DNA of 53,281 nucleotides. Source: a virus (lineage: Duplodnaviria; Caudoviricetes). The notes beneath the pieces are model-generated. The model made no database searches and had not been told where the DNA came from. It was given only the letters and a program-made list of their open reading frames with translations. Position 1 is the stretch's first letter; the number at the start of each line of letters is the position of its first letter. Positions 36,976 through 45,723 of this stretch are shown here, in pieces. A program made the position numbers and the translations under genes. The stretch is taken from positions 1 to 53,281 of IMG/VR virus record IMGVR_UViG_3300047094_001628; one strand, given 5' to 3'.

Positions 36976-38458
36976 AATATTATATCCAGCAACGGTTGTT
37001 AACAACCAAGACCCAATGTTGTTGGGTAGGGTCAGAGCTTATCCATTTGACCAAAATATCGAATCTGTACTTAAGGGGTATGATTTTGTACCAGACGTAG
37101 ATGATTGGACTGAAAAAGATCCTTTTATAATTCTACCTCTACTTCCTTTGTTCATCTCTCAAGTACCTGCAGTTGGAGAAAGAATTAGTGTTATTTTACA
37201 AAATAGTGAAAGAAGATTCCAAGATGCTTATTACGTACAAGGTGCGTATAGTAGTCCTATGACTATAAAGTATGAAAATGCTCAAGCTGCTGGAAAAAAT
37301 ACTTCATTGGGGTATAGAATAAAACAAAATTTAGCACTTAAAAATAAAAATGGGTCATTCAAAAACGTTAAAAGTTTCGGTGTATTCCCTGAATTAAATG
37401 ATGTCTCAATACTTGGACGTGGAACTTCGGACGTAATAGTAAAACCAGAGAGTGTTCTTATAAGAGCAGGTAAAACTTTAAGTTTGCAAACTAATAAATT
37501 TCCGTTAGCAAATGAAAAAAGAGCATATATTCAAGTTTCTAGTTTTGATACCAAATCTGTAGATCTAAAATCACAAGATTTGATTAAAATTAATCAGTTG
37601 AACCAACAAACACAATTACTTATTGAATGGAATATCTATAATTTGGACAATCAACAAAATGCTTTTACAGGCGATATTACTTTGTATAAACTGAAACCAG
37701 GTGAAAAGACATTAACAGATAATATCAATTATGATTCAGACTTAACTAATTTATCATATGTTATCTTCTCACAACAATTTATGGGACTTACTTTAGATGA
37801 TTCTGTTTCAGCAATCAATTCATTTATAAATCAAGTGAATAATGGTTCTATGACTAATGGACCTAGTTTGGGTAACGATAGATTCCCGTTCGCATATAGA
37901 CCAAATACACAAATAAGAAATATTCTTAAACCTGGTTCAGATGTTAATAACGCAATAATTTTTTCAAATGCATCTTCCTTTATTTCCAAAATAACCTTAA
38001 ATCCAGGACAAGGTCCCAAAGGTTTTTCATTTGCTTTGGTGAGTAGTAAAGGATCTATAGGTAAACCAAGTGAATTAACTATTGAAACTATTACCCCAAA
38101 ACAAATAACAAGTGAGTTTGGAACGTTTATGATGAGTGCCGCGGATACTTTAATAATGATGTCCCACAGAACAGGAAATATAGCTTTTGATCCAAAATTA
38201 TCCCCTAACCCAAACACTATGATGGGGATTACACAACAACAACTACAACAAAATGTTTTACCTAACACCTATGCTATGGTAAGAGGTGACATATTATTTG
38301 ACTATTTAGAAAAAATATCTCGTTTTCTACAAAATCATGTTCATTCTCACCCAAGTTTACCACCAGATTCCCTTACTTGGGCTGGTGATCAAAAATCAGA
38401 ATTATTTTCTTTTCCATGGAGATTTAGAGCTCTCAATGAAAATATCCGAATAAATTGA
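36968..38458 (+). CDS. Baseplate central spike protein (gp5/gpV/VgrG-like OB fold)
   Basis: ATVVNNQDPMLLGRVRA and VPAVGERISV are gp5 OB-fold motifs; C-terminal NHVHSH metal-binding tip. Confidence 0.7.
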   Translation: MSKILYPATVVNNQDPMLLGRVRAYPFDQNIESVLKGYDFVPDVDDWTEKDPFIILPLLPLFISQVPAVGERISVILQNSERRFQDAYYVQGAYSSPMTIKYENAQAAGKNTSLGYRIKQNLALKNKNGSFKNVKSFGVFPELNDVSILGRGTSDVIVKPESVLIRAGKTLSLQTNKFPLANEKRAYIQVSSFDTKSVDLKSQDLIKINQLNQQTQLLIEWNIYNLDNQQNAFTGDITLYKLKPGEKTLTDNINYDSDLTNLSYVIFSQQFMGLTLDDSVSAINSFINQVNNGSMTNGPSLGNDRFPFAYRPNTQIRNILKPGSDVNNAIIFSNASSFISKITLNPGQGPKGFSFALVSSKGSIGKPSELTIETITPKQITSEFGTFMMSAADTLIMMSHRTGNIAFDPKLSPNPNTMMGITQQQLQQNVLPNTYAMVRGDILFDYLEKISRFLQNHVHSHPSLPPDSLTWAGDQKSELFSFPWRFRALNENIRIN

Positions 38459-38466
38459 TATTTATA
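38459..38466 (+). promoter_or_regulatory. Candidate late-promoter motif TATTTATA
   Basis: Lies 13 nt upstream of ATG 38480. Confidence 0.55.
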
Positions 38467-38479
38467 ATAAAATCTATGA

Positions 38480-39961
38480 ATGTCAATTTTCCGTTCCTAT
38501 TTTTCAAAAAATAATACCATACAAAAGACTAGTTTTGTAAATACGGGTAGAAACCCCGTAATGCAATTATTTTATGGTACGAGTCTTCAAACAACAGCCC
38601 CAAATGGGTTTACAAGGTTTATCTTTGATTTAGATCTTGATCCATTATTGGAAAACATAGCTTCAGGTGTTATATCCACAGGTTGTACATCCGCTATGAC
38701 CCACACCTTGAAGATGACCAACACTTCAAGTTTTGATATCGATCTTCTTAATACAGAAGCTTCCGATCAATCGATAAGAGCAACTTCATTTGACTTAATT
38801 CTTTTTAGAATACCAAAATCTTCTGGGTCAACAGGGAACACACAAACTTGGGATGAAGGTGTTGGATACGATTATGTGGATACACCCGCATTAGATAGTT
38901 GGGGTTACAATAAGAATTTTTCTACAAGACCATCAAATTGGTATCAAACAACTACAATTACAAATTGGTCTTTGCCTGGCATTTACAGTAACGACAATAC
39001 TAGTACGGGTAATACAGGATTAAATTATTCTGCTTTGACTATTGTTGATACTCAACACTTTGAATTTGGAAACGAAGATATCAATTTTGATATGACCCAC
39101 GAAATAAATTCGATTATAACGGGTTCTACGACAGGTTCTACGGGTTGGGGGATTGCATACGTCCCTCAAATAGAAAACATCACAGGACTCACCGTAACGT
39201 ATTCTGTGGGGTTTTTTACAAGACATACACAAACATTCTATCAACCATTCTTACAAACCACATTTGATGATTTGATTGAAGACAATCGAGTCACCTTTGT
39301 ACAAGGTAGAACAAACAAATTGTACTTGTATATTTTTGCGAATGGTGATTATTTAAATTTAGATCAAAATCCAATTGTAGATATTTTAGACCCTGATGAT
39401 GAACCCATAGCAGGTTATACAGGTTTGACTACTTGTTTGGTAACCAAGGGTGTTTATGAGGTTGTAATTCCACCTTTATCAGGTTACAATACTCCTTGTC
39501 AATTTACAGATAAATGGACAAATATTATCGCGCAAGGTAATAATCTTGATGATGTTGAAAACCAATTTGTTTTACAATCCTCCTCGGCATTTTATCAGAT
39601 TGGTAGTGTGTCTAAAGACCCATTATTGTATGGGTTTGATTTTAGTGGTATCAAACAAAATGAAAAAATTGTAAATACCGATATACGAAAAGTGATGGTG
39701 GTAATAAAACAAGCATATTCAAGTGCATATGTTTTACAAAACATAGAAGCTCAGTACCGAGTATATGTAAGAGAAGGACAAACAGAAGTAGAAGTTCAAG
39801 GGTGGACACCTATAAACCGAACACCTAACGAGTATTATTTTATTTTCGACACAAGAGATAAAATACCCAATGAATATTACGTTGACATCAAAGTGAATAC
39901 TTCTGGACAAAAAGATACTTATAAAAGACAATTAACTTTTCAAATAGTAAACCAAAAATGA
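38480..39961 (+). CDS. Putative virion/baseplate structural protein with a DNRLRE-like beta domain
   Basis: TRFIFDLD, TWDEGVG, NW...WSLPG, FDMT; beta-rich; follows the spike gene. Confidence 0.5.
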   Translation: MSIFRSYFSKNNTIQKTSFVNTGRNPVMQLFYGTSLQTTAPNGFTRFIFDLDLDPLLENIASGVISTGCTSAMTHTLKMTNTSSFDIDLLNTEASDQSIRATSFDLILFRIPKSSGSTGNTQTWDEGVGYDYVDTPALDSWGYNKNFSTRPSNWYQTTTITNWSLPGIYSNDNTSTGNTGLNYSALTIVDTQHFEFGNEDINFDMTHEINSIITGSTTGSTGWGIAYVPQIENITGLTVTYSVGFFTRHTQTFYQPFLQTTFDDLIEDNRVTFVQGRTNKLYLYIFANGDYLNLDQNPIVDILDPDDEPIAGYTGLTTCLVTKGVYEVVIPPLSGYNTPCQFTDKWTNIIAQGNNLDDVENQFVLQSSSAFYQIGSVSKDPLLYGFDFSGIKQNEKIVNTDIRKVMVVIKQAYSSAYVLQNIEAQYRVYVREGQTEVEVQGWTPINRTPNEYYFIFDTRDKIPNEYYVDIKVNTSGQKDTYKRQLTFQIVNQK

Positions 39962-40590
39962 AAAAAATTATTTTAAACCAAAGTCAGTATAAATTATTAG
40001 AAAAATTAGTATCAGAACAAGAAGACAGATATATGTTTTTTTCTAATTTAGAACAAATTAGAGATCAAGCAAATGAATTGTTAAAATATGATAGAAATAA
40101 GGTAGAACAACTATTGGATGATGGTCATGATTGGGCTCAGGATCATGTTGCGTCATCAACAGAATCTATTGACCAAGTCTATGATTTTATGAAGAATAAT
40201 TTCAACAACGAAACTAATATGATACAGGAACAACCAATGTTGACTAACAATATGAAAAGTTCAATAGAGTGTCTTAAAAGTATCAAGAAAGACATAAGTT
40301 GGCAAGAAGTATTACAATGGTTCAATGAAAATAATATTGATTATTTTGGTATGAATGATTTGGAAATGTACATAAAATATTTAGAGGAGAGATCAGATAG
40401 TAAACAACTACAGGTTCAAGAAGGTCGAAAAAAAACAGGAACAAAATTATGTGCAAGAGGTAAATCGGCAGCAAAAGCAAAATTTGATGTATATCCAAGT
40501 GCCTATGCTAACGGCTATGCGGTGCAAGTATGTAAAGGAAAAGTTAAAGGTTTGGATGGAAAAAAAAGATGTTCACCACCCTATTGTTGA
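39958..40590 (+). CDS. Modular hypothetical phage protein with a C-terminal KFDVYPSAYANG domain
   Basis: MKKIILNQSQY...LVSE leader, HDWAQDH domain, basic Cys-containing PSAYANG tail. Confidence 0.7.
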   Translation: MKKIILNQSQYKLLEKLVSEQEDRYMFFSNLEQIRDQANELLKYDRNKVEQLLDDGHDWAQDHVASSTESIDQVYDFMKNNFNNETNMIQEQPMLTNNMKSSIECLKSIKKDISWQEVLQWFNENNIDYFGMNDLEMYIKYLEERSDSKQLQVQEGRKKTGTKLCARGKSAAKAKFDVYPSAYANGYAVQVCKGKVKGLDGKKRCSPPYC

Positions 40591-40622
40591 TTTGGATTAT
40601 TCAGTCAAGTCTATTATATTTG
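40591..40622 (+). promoter_or_regulatory. Bacteroidota housekeeping-sigma promoter (-33 TTTG, -7 TAnnTTTG)
   Basis: TTTG at 40591-40594, 20-nt spacer, TATATTTG at 40615-40622, 17 nt before ATG 40640. Confidence 0.75.
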
Positions 40623-40639
40623 TGGGACTAAACCAAACC

Positions 40640-41044
40640 ATGAAAAAATTATACTTGAAAATCAAAAGGTACTTCAAAAAAATTTATATCCAAGGTCTGA
40701 GGTATTATAGGCCCAAAATGCAGTCTCGTTACGAAATAATTGCTCTCAAAATTTGTATGAATTTGATTGACGATGAATCGAGTGAACTTTTAATGACACC
40801 TATCACAAATAAAAGGTACATCAAAAACGAGTCCAAAAATTTGTTTGTCACTATTGATTCAGTTAATGTGAATATTGTAAATGACCATTGTGCTTATACA
40901 GTATTTATGAACGAATTTCTACACGGCAAACTCGTAGACAGATTCAATGAAAAAATTGAATTAAAAAGATCTATGATGGAAAAAAAAATAACCCAAAATA
41001 TCAAATACTCACTCAGAGGTATTCTTCATTTTCTTGAATCGTAG
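40640..41044 (+). CDS. Hypothetical protein, probably early/middle
   Basis: Likely start MKKLYLK at 40640 after the host-type promoter; the 3' end overlaps the convergent gene by 32 nt. Confidence 0.7.
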   Translation: MKKLYLKIKRYFKKIYIQGLRYYRPKMQSRYEIIALKICMNLIDDESSELLMTPITNKRYIKNESKNLFVTIDSVNVNIVNDHCAYTVFMNEFLHGKLVDRFNEKIELKRSMMEKKITQNIKYSLRGILHFLES

Positions 41045-41591
41045 GACATATTTCTTTGGCCATTTTTTTGGCGTCTTTTTCATCAATTAGTCCTATTCTA
41101 AACATAAGACAATAATATTTAGAATTTTGATCCAAGTGATCTTTGGCTATTTTTTTGGCCTTGGTAGGATTTTTAGTATGTTCCAATTCTACTAAAGTCC
41201 CTAATTCAAGCATTTGTTTTCTATTTATTGTTTCCTGCAGAAGATTTTTAATCATGGCTCTCATAGCCTCATTTTTTTTAGTTTTTTTGGGTTTATATGA
41301 TGTGTATACAGGTTTTTGACCTTTTCCTGATTGTGTGTCTTTTTTTTCTGCAGTTCTTTTTTGTTGACATGCGGTTTTCTTTTGAGCGTCAGTCATTCTT
41401 GATGCGACTCCTTTAGCTCTACATTTCGGATACGCACCTTTGTCAGTATCTCCTCTCCCACATGGTGGATGTCCACCACCCTCTTTTTTTCTACAAATAT
41501 TAACCCAAGGTCCTTGTGGTTGTTTGGTTCCCTTTTTTTTCTTTTTGGTTCCGAACCAAACAGCTAAATCCTCCCTGAGTTGATTATTCAT
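41013..41591 (-). CDS. Modular basic protein: WFG..WVNI..CGR..YPKC domain plus C-terminal DUF5661-like domain
   Basis: LREDLAVWFG, PPCGR, YPKCR; LGTLVELEHT...KIAKDHL...YY. The ATG at 41612 is part of the TATTTAT motif (41611-41617), so 41591 is the preferred start. Confidence 0.7.
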   Translation of the reverse strand: MNNQLREDLAVWFGTKKKKKGTKQPQGPWVNICRKKEGGGHPPCGRGDTDKGAYPKCRAKGVASRMTDAQKKTACQQKRTAEKKDTQSGKGQKPVYTSYKPKKTKKNEAMRAMIKNLLQETINRKQMLELGTLVELEHTKNPTKAKKIAKDHLDQNSKYYCLMFRIGLIDEKDAKKMAKEICPTIQENEEYL

Positions 41592-41625
41592 TTTTTTTGT
41601 GTATCTTACCATAAATACCTAGCGT

Positions 41626-41865
41626 ATGGAAAATGAACAACAAAATTCAAAAATTTTAGGAACTTTATTTGGTTCCATAAATTATGACTCGGAAGAAAAT
41701 TTGTCAAAATTTATTGATGAAATTAATTCTGCCCAAGCGGCTTATTGTATTCAACAAGCCCTGAATTATGCTCACATAAATGGAGTATTTTCGTTAAAAG
41801 AAAGTGAAGTTATATCTAAATCTTTAAGAATTCTCATTCTATCCTCCCCAAAATCTGAAACCTAA
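41626..41865 (+). CDS. Hypothetical protein
   Basis: 79-aa ORF ending at a bidirectional terminator. Confidence 0.7.
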   Translation: MENEQQNSKILGTLFGSINYDSEENLSKFIDEINSAQAAYCIQQALNYAHINGVFSLKESEVISKSLRILILSSPKSET

Positions 41866-41896
41866 AAAAAAAGGGGACAATTTCTTGTCCCCTTTT
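41864..41896. terminator. Bidirectional intrinsic terminator downstream of the major capsid gene
   Basis: Minus strand reads AAAAGGGGACAA-GAAA-TTGTCCCC-T9; the plus strand also ends in TTTT. Confidence 0.9.
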
Positions 41897-41914
41897 CAAT
41901 TACCATTGAGAAGA

Positions 41915-43777
41915 TTAACGTAATTCTCTCAAATCGAAAGTACGGATACCGTCACAAGTCACACGACCATAGAAACGGTTGTTAACCATTTTCTTAGCGT
42001 ATCTTGTCATTATACCTTTGATAGGTGTAAAGTTGAACGGATTGTACATAGTAGGCGTCAATTGTAGAGGTACATACGGAGCGTAAATGTAACCTGTGTC
42101 TAACAATGAAGTACCTTTGTGACCGATGATAAGTTGGTTTGGTGGGAAATATGGATCTCTGTAAACCTGATATCTGCCGGATAGTGTACCAATTCTCTCA
42201 ATACCCATGTTGTATTGATCTTGCTCAGGAGCAGCGTTTGATACGTGGAAATATTCCAAATCATCAAAGATTGCTGAAATCTCAGAAGAACAAACGATCC
42301 AGTTAGCACCACCTCTCAATGTCGACTTATGGATTTGTGCCGACAATTGGTTGATAGCGGTAATAAGTGTTTGGTTCCAATCTTTCTGAGTATAAGGAGT
42401 AGTTCCTGTAGAAGCCAATCTCTTCCAACCGTTGTAATCCCATCTCAAGTTCCAAGCAGCACCTTTTCTCAAATCTCTCAAAATCTCTCTGTCGATTTCT
42501 GCGGCAACTTGTTCAGAAAGAAGAGCTGTAAGCTCAGCTTCTGCATCAATGTTGTGGAACGCTGAAACGTCTTGAGCAAGTTCAGGAGACCATTGTGCTC
42601 TCAATTTACGTTCTGTTACAGATACTGTAACTGATTCTAAATCGAAAGAAACCTCACCGATTTGATCTTCGAATTCAAGTTCTTTATAAACTCTGTAAAT
42701 CGCGATAAAGGCGTTGTTGGTTGTAGCTGTTGAAGCAAATGTTGATCCTGTGTAACCATCAGGTGTTGTTTGTCCACAAGAAACACATACTGGTTGTTGT
42801 AAATCAACCTCCAAATAAATAATACCATTCGCATCACAAACATTATTGTATGCACCGCCCGAATTGTTACCAATCGGCCAAGTAGTGTTGGTTTGTGAAC
42901 CGTATTGAACGATACCTTTACCGTACTTTTGAGTTACCACTCTGAAAAGGTAAGGATTACCATTACCAGGAGCTCGACTTGAAGTTGTTGCGTTACCATA
43001 AGCTCCGAAAATGTTCAAACCTGAAAGGAATTCTTCGGTATCCATGGTATTACCATTTGGTCCGATCAATTGACCAGCACCAGCGTTTGAGAATCCACTC
43101 ATCGCTAAAATTACTTTACGATAATCAGATGATGTGTATGCTGAGGGGACTAAAAATCCACTAGCATCCCAAGCAACTGTCATTGTTGTAGCAGTTGTGG
43201 CTGTCCATTTACCTTTGGAGTAGTCAAAAAGACCTGGAGGGTTTAATGTTGCCTCATCACCTTCATAAAATAAATCGTAAAGATCTTTTTGGTAATAAGG
43301 GTTATAAGTACCTGTGCTGTCCGCTGCAGTATAACCTGCATTTTGATTTCCTGGATAGTTACCAGGTGAACCAATTGGAGCATAGTGGTCACCACTTTGA
43401 CCTAACCATCCCAAATCATTTGGTGATGTTCCACCCGAATAACCTTGAATTTTAGGAACAAAGTAGAACAATTTACCGATAGGTAAGTTCATTGCTTGTA
43501 CCGATACGATATCGTTTGCCAAAAGTTTTGAGAAAACCCTTCTTACGATAGGAAATACAACGGTTTCAAAAGAACCACTGTCAGAAGTCGATGATGCTTC
43601 GTTTATCAAGAATGACGCTTGGTTCTCATATAACTGAGCAACGTTTTCTTTCATATGACCTTTTAGTCCTTCTAAGAACCCAAGTTTGTCCCACTTGTTG
43701 ATTGTATCTTCTTTGATAACTTTAAGGTGTTTTAACCCAATGTTACCAACAAGACCGCTTTCTAATAATGCACCCAT
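41915..43777 (-). CDS. Major capsid protein (T4 gp23-like) with a large insertion
   Basis: FPIVRRVF, VSVQAMNLP, RKLRAQWSPELAQD, DAEAELT, EIDREIL, YAPYVPL, GIMTRY. Confidence 0.96.
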   Translation of the reverse strand: MGALLESGLVGNIGLKHLKVIKEDTINKWDKLGFLEGLKGHMKENVAQLYENQASFLINEASSTSDSGSFETVVFPIVRRVFSKLLANDIVSVQAMNLPIGKLFYFVPKIQGYSGGTSPNDLGWLGQSGDHYAPIGSPGNYPGNQNAGYTAADSTGTYNPYYQKDLYDLFYEGDEATLNPPGLFDYSKGKWTATTATTMTVAWDASGFLVPSAYTSSDYRKVILAMSGFSNAGAGQLIGPNGNTMDTEEFLSGLNIFGAYGNATTSSRAPGNGNPYLFRVVTQKYGKGIVQYGSQTNTTWPIGNNSGGAYNNVCDANGIIYLEVDLQQPVCVSCGQTTPDGYTGSTFASTATTNNAFIAIYRVYKELEFEDQIGEVSFDLESVTVSVTERKLRAQWSPELAQDVSAFHNIDAEAELTALLSEQVAAEIDREILRDLRKGAAWNLRWDYNGWKRLASTGTTPYTQKDWNQTLITAINQLSAQIHKSTLRGGANWIVCSSEISAIFDDLEYFHVSNAAPEQDQYNMGIERIGTLSGRYQVYRDPYFPPNQLIIGHKGTSLLDTGYIYAPYVPLQLTPTMYNPFNFTPIKGIMTRYAKKMVNNRFYGRVTCDGIRTFDLRELR

Positions 43778-43797
43778 TTTTTTTTATTTAGTTTTGT

Positions 43798-45390
43798 TTA
43801 TTTGTTTATTTTTTGCATGATATCCTTCATTCTCAAGAACTGAGGATTTTCATAAGTTTTTGATTCGATTAAATTTTGTGAAGAACCTGAACTATGTGTT
43901 TTTTCGATTTTTTCCATAGATTCAGTCACAACATTTTTCGAGGAATTTGTTAATTCGTTTTTAATTGAATTGTAAAGATTTTTGGATTCTTTGATTGATT
44001 CAACATCATCAAACCTTCTAAGAATGTTAATTTTTTCTTGTTTTGAAGTAGGATGTTCTGTGAACAATCTAGTTGCATAAGCCAAATTGGAATTGAAAAC
44101 AGCAACTTCATTAAGTTTTTCTCTGAAAACATTTAAAGCTTTTTGATACTCAACATTCTTCTGTCTTAGAGATTGAACTTCTTCACTCACTGCCGAATTC
44201 GGGATTACTTTAGCTTTTGGTAAACCTTTTCTCAGTCCGTAATTTCTAGTTCCGTTACTTAGTGTTCTAGCCGCTTCTTTAGTTTCACCTTTTGAGAAAG
44301 CTCTGGCGATTCTGTTTTCCACAGCAGAAATGTCATGTTTCTTACCTTCCTTATATTCAAATTTCTTGGGAGAAAGATTCATTCCAGTACCTTTAGCTTT
44401 TCCTGTAGGTTGTATTTTTCCAATACCCTCTTTTGTTTCAGTTTTTTTAGCTTTAGGGGCTGTTTTTTCACCTGGTCTATGGAAAGGACTGCGTTTTTTA
44501 TCTTTACCAGTTTCAACTTTTTCTTTTTCTTTTGGTTTTGTAGTTGTAGATTCTTTGGTTTCGGCTTTTGAACCCAATGGTTTACCAGCTTTCCAATTTG
44601 AAAACATTATTGGTTTCATACCACTTTTTGATTCATGCATAGATTCCTCCATATCTTCTTCATCGATTTCGTCATCTGTGTCTTCCTCATCCATAGAAAT
44701 TTCATACACAACCTCATCCATTTCTTCATCCATTTCTTCATCCATTTCTTCATCCATTTCTTCATCCATTTCCTCATCCATTTCTTCTGAGAAAATATCA
44801 TTCATGATTTGGTCCATTTGGGAATCGGACATTTTTTCGGTAATAGATTCGTTTGTTGAGATGATATATTCTACATCTTCTTCTTCGTCATCAAGGTGAA
44901 TTTTATCACCTTCTTTTTTCACGATAATTCTATCAGATGGACCCATTTTTTTGAAAACACTTAATACGTCTTCCATCGATGCGTCATCAGGGATTTCTAC
45001 AACATCTTCATCTTCAATGTCGATATCTAATTCGTCGGAATCCATATCCATTTCATCTTCAGAGTCCATATCCATTTCATCTTCAGAGTCCATATCCATA
45101 TCATCTTCAGAGTCCATATCCATATCATCTTCAGAATCCATATCCATATCATCTTCAGAATCCATATCCATATCATCTTCAGAATCCATATCAATTTCAT
45201 CTTCAGAATCTATTTCAGGTTCAGCTTGTTCTTTTAGTTTATTTTTAGTCTTTAACGACTCTTTTACTAGCTCAGAGATTTCTTCCTTCATTGTTGAAGC
45301 AAGTATTCCTTTTGCGTTTTCAGTTACAACATCTTCTAGATTTTTCATCTGAAGAAGAGCTTCTTCTACTAATGACTTTTTGTCTGCCAT
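43798..45390 (-). CDS. Prohead core/scaffold protein (gp22-like) with acidic repeats
   Basis: Lies between the protease and major capsid genes; coiled-coil, highly acidic, conserved-looking C-terminus LNEVAVFNSNLAY. Confidence 0.8.
   Translation of the reverse strand: MADKKSLVEEALLQMKNLEDVVTENAKGILASTMKEEISELVKESLKTKNKLKEQAEPEIDSEDEIDMDSEDDMDMDSEDDMDMDSEDDMDMDSEDDMDMDSEDEMDMDSEDEMDMDSDELDIDIEDEDVVEIPDDASMEDVLSVFKKMGPSDRIIVKKEGDKIHLDDEEEDVEYIISTNESITEKMSDSQMDQIMNDIFSEEMDEEMDEEMDEEMDEEMDEEMDEVVYEISMDEEDTDDEIDEEDMEESMHESKSGMKPIMFSNWKAGKPLGSKAETKESTTTKPKEKEKVETGKDKKRSPFHRPGEKTAPKAKKTETKEGIGKIQPTGKAKGTGMNLSPKKFEYKEGKKHDISAVENRIARAFSKGETKEAARTLSNGTRNYGLRKGLPKAKVIPNSAVSEEVQSLRQKNVEYQKALNVFREKLNEVAVFNSNLAYATRLFTEHPTSKQEKINILRRFDDVESIKESKNLYNSIKNELTNSSKNVVTESMEKIEKTHSSGSSQNLIESKTYENPQFLRMKDIMQKINK
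44714..44785. repeat. 12-bp tandem repeat x6 encoding (EMDE)n
   Basis: tcatccatttc(t/c) units from 44714. Confidence 0.92.
45041..45208. repeat. 24-bp tandem repeat x7 encoding (SEDD/EMDMD)n
   Basis: tccatatccat(a/t)tcatcttcaga(g/a) units at 24-bp spacing from 45041. Confidence 0.92.
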
Positions 45391-45409
45391 AAAATATTAA
45401 ATTTTTCCA

Positions 45410-45417
45410 TATAAATA
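45410..45417 (-). promoter_or_regulatory. Candidate late-promoter motif TATTTATA for the scaffold/capsid transcript
   Basis: Lies 19 nt upstream of ATG 45390 and just downstream of a terminator, so a promoter is needed here. Confidence 0.65.
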
Positions 45418-45473
45418 TATCCATAGCGCAAAAAATATTGATTTTTAAAATTTTATTTGTAAAAAAATTAAAC

Positions 45474-45502
45474 AAAAAAAAACCCCACTCTTTGGTGGGG
45501 TT
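45474..45502 (-). terminator. Intrinsic terminator after the protease/DUF4494-like genes
   Basis: Minus strand reads AACCCCAC-CAAAGA-GTGGGGTT followed by a T-run. Confidence 0.85.
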
Positions 45503-45507
45503 CATTT

Positions 45508-45720
45508 TTACTCGATCACTTCATCGATTTTACTCTCAATCACTGACGTTATTCGCCAATCATGTTGAAAGCCTTGATACTTTCCAGTTACTTTTGCCTC
45601 AACATCAGTAACTGAAATTGCTCGTACCAATTTCATTTCAGTGATTTTTTTGATCTTACCTGAATTTTCATCAGGTAGATCGTATTGTACTTTACATACA
45701 AAATATTTAGAATCTTCCAT
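45508..45720 (-). CDS. DUF4494-like small protein (single-repeat form)
   Basis: YFVCKVQY...GKIKKITEMKLVRAISVTDVEAKV resembles Bacteroidota DUF4494 (WFECKVRY...KKVTE.YLV.A.SFTEAEA). Confidence 0.6.
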   Translation of the reverse strand: MEDSKYFVCKVQYDLPDENSGKIKKITEMKLVRAISVTDVEAKVTGKYQGFQHDWRITSVIESKIDEVIE

Positions 45721-45723
45721 AAA

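Noticed and set aside
44330-45352. Plus-strand ORFs 44330..44899, 44951..45352 and 44979..45248 with SSIS or HLQNPYPY repeats, and minus 44616..44801 (KKWM repeats)
   Set aside because: Antisense or alternative-frame shadows of the scaffold gene's tandem repeats.
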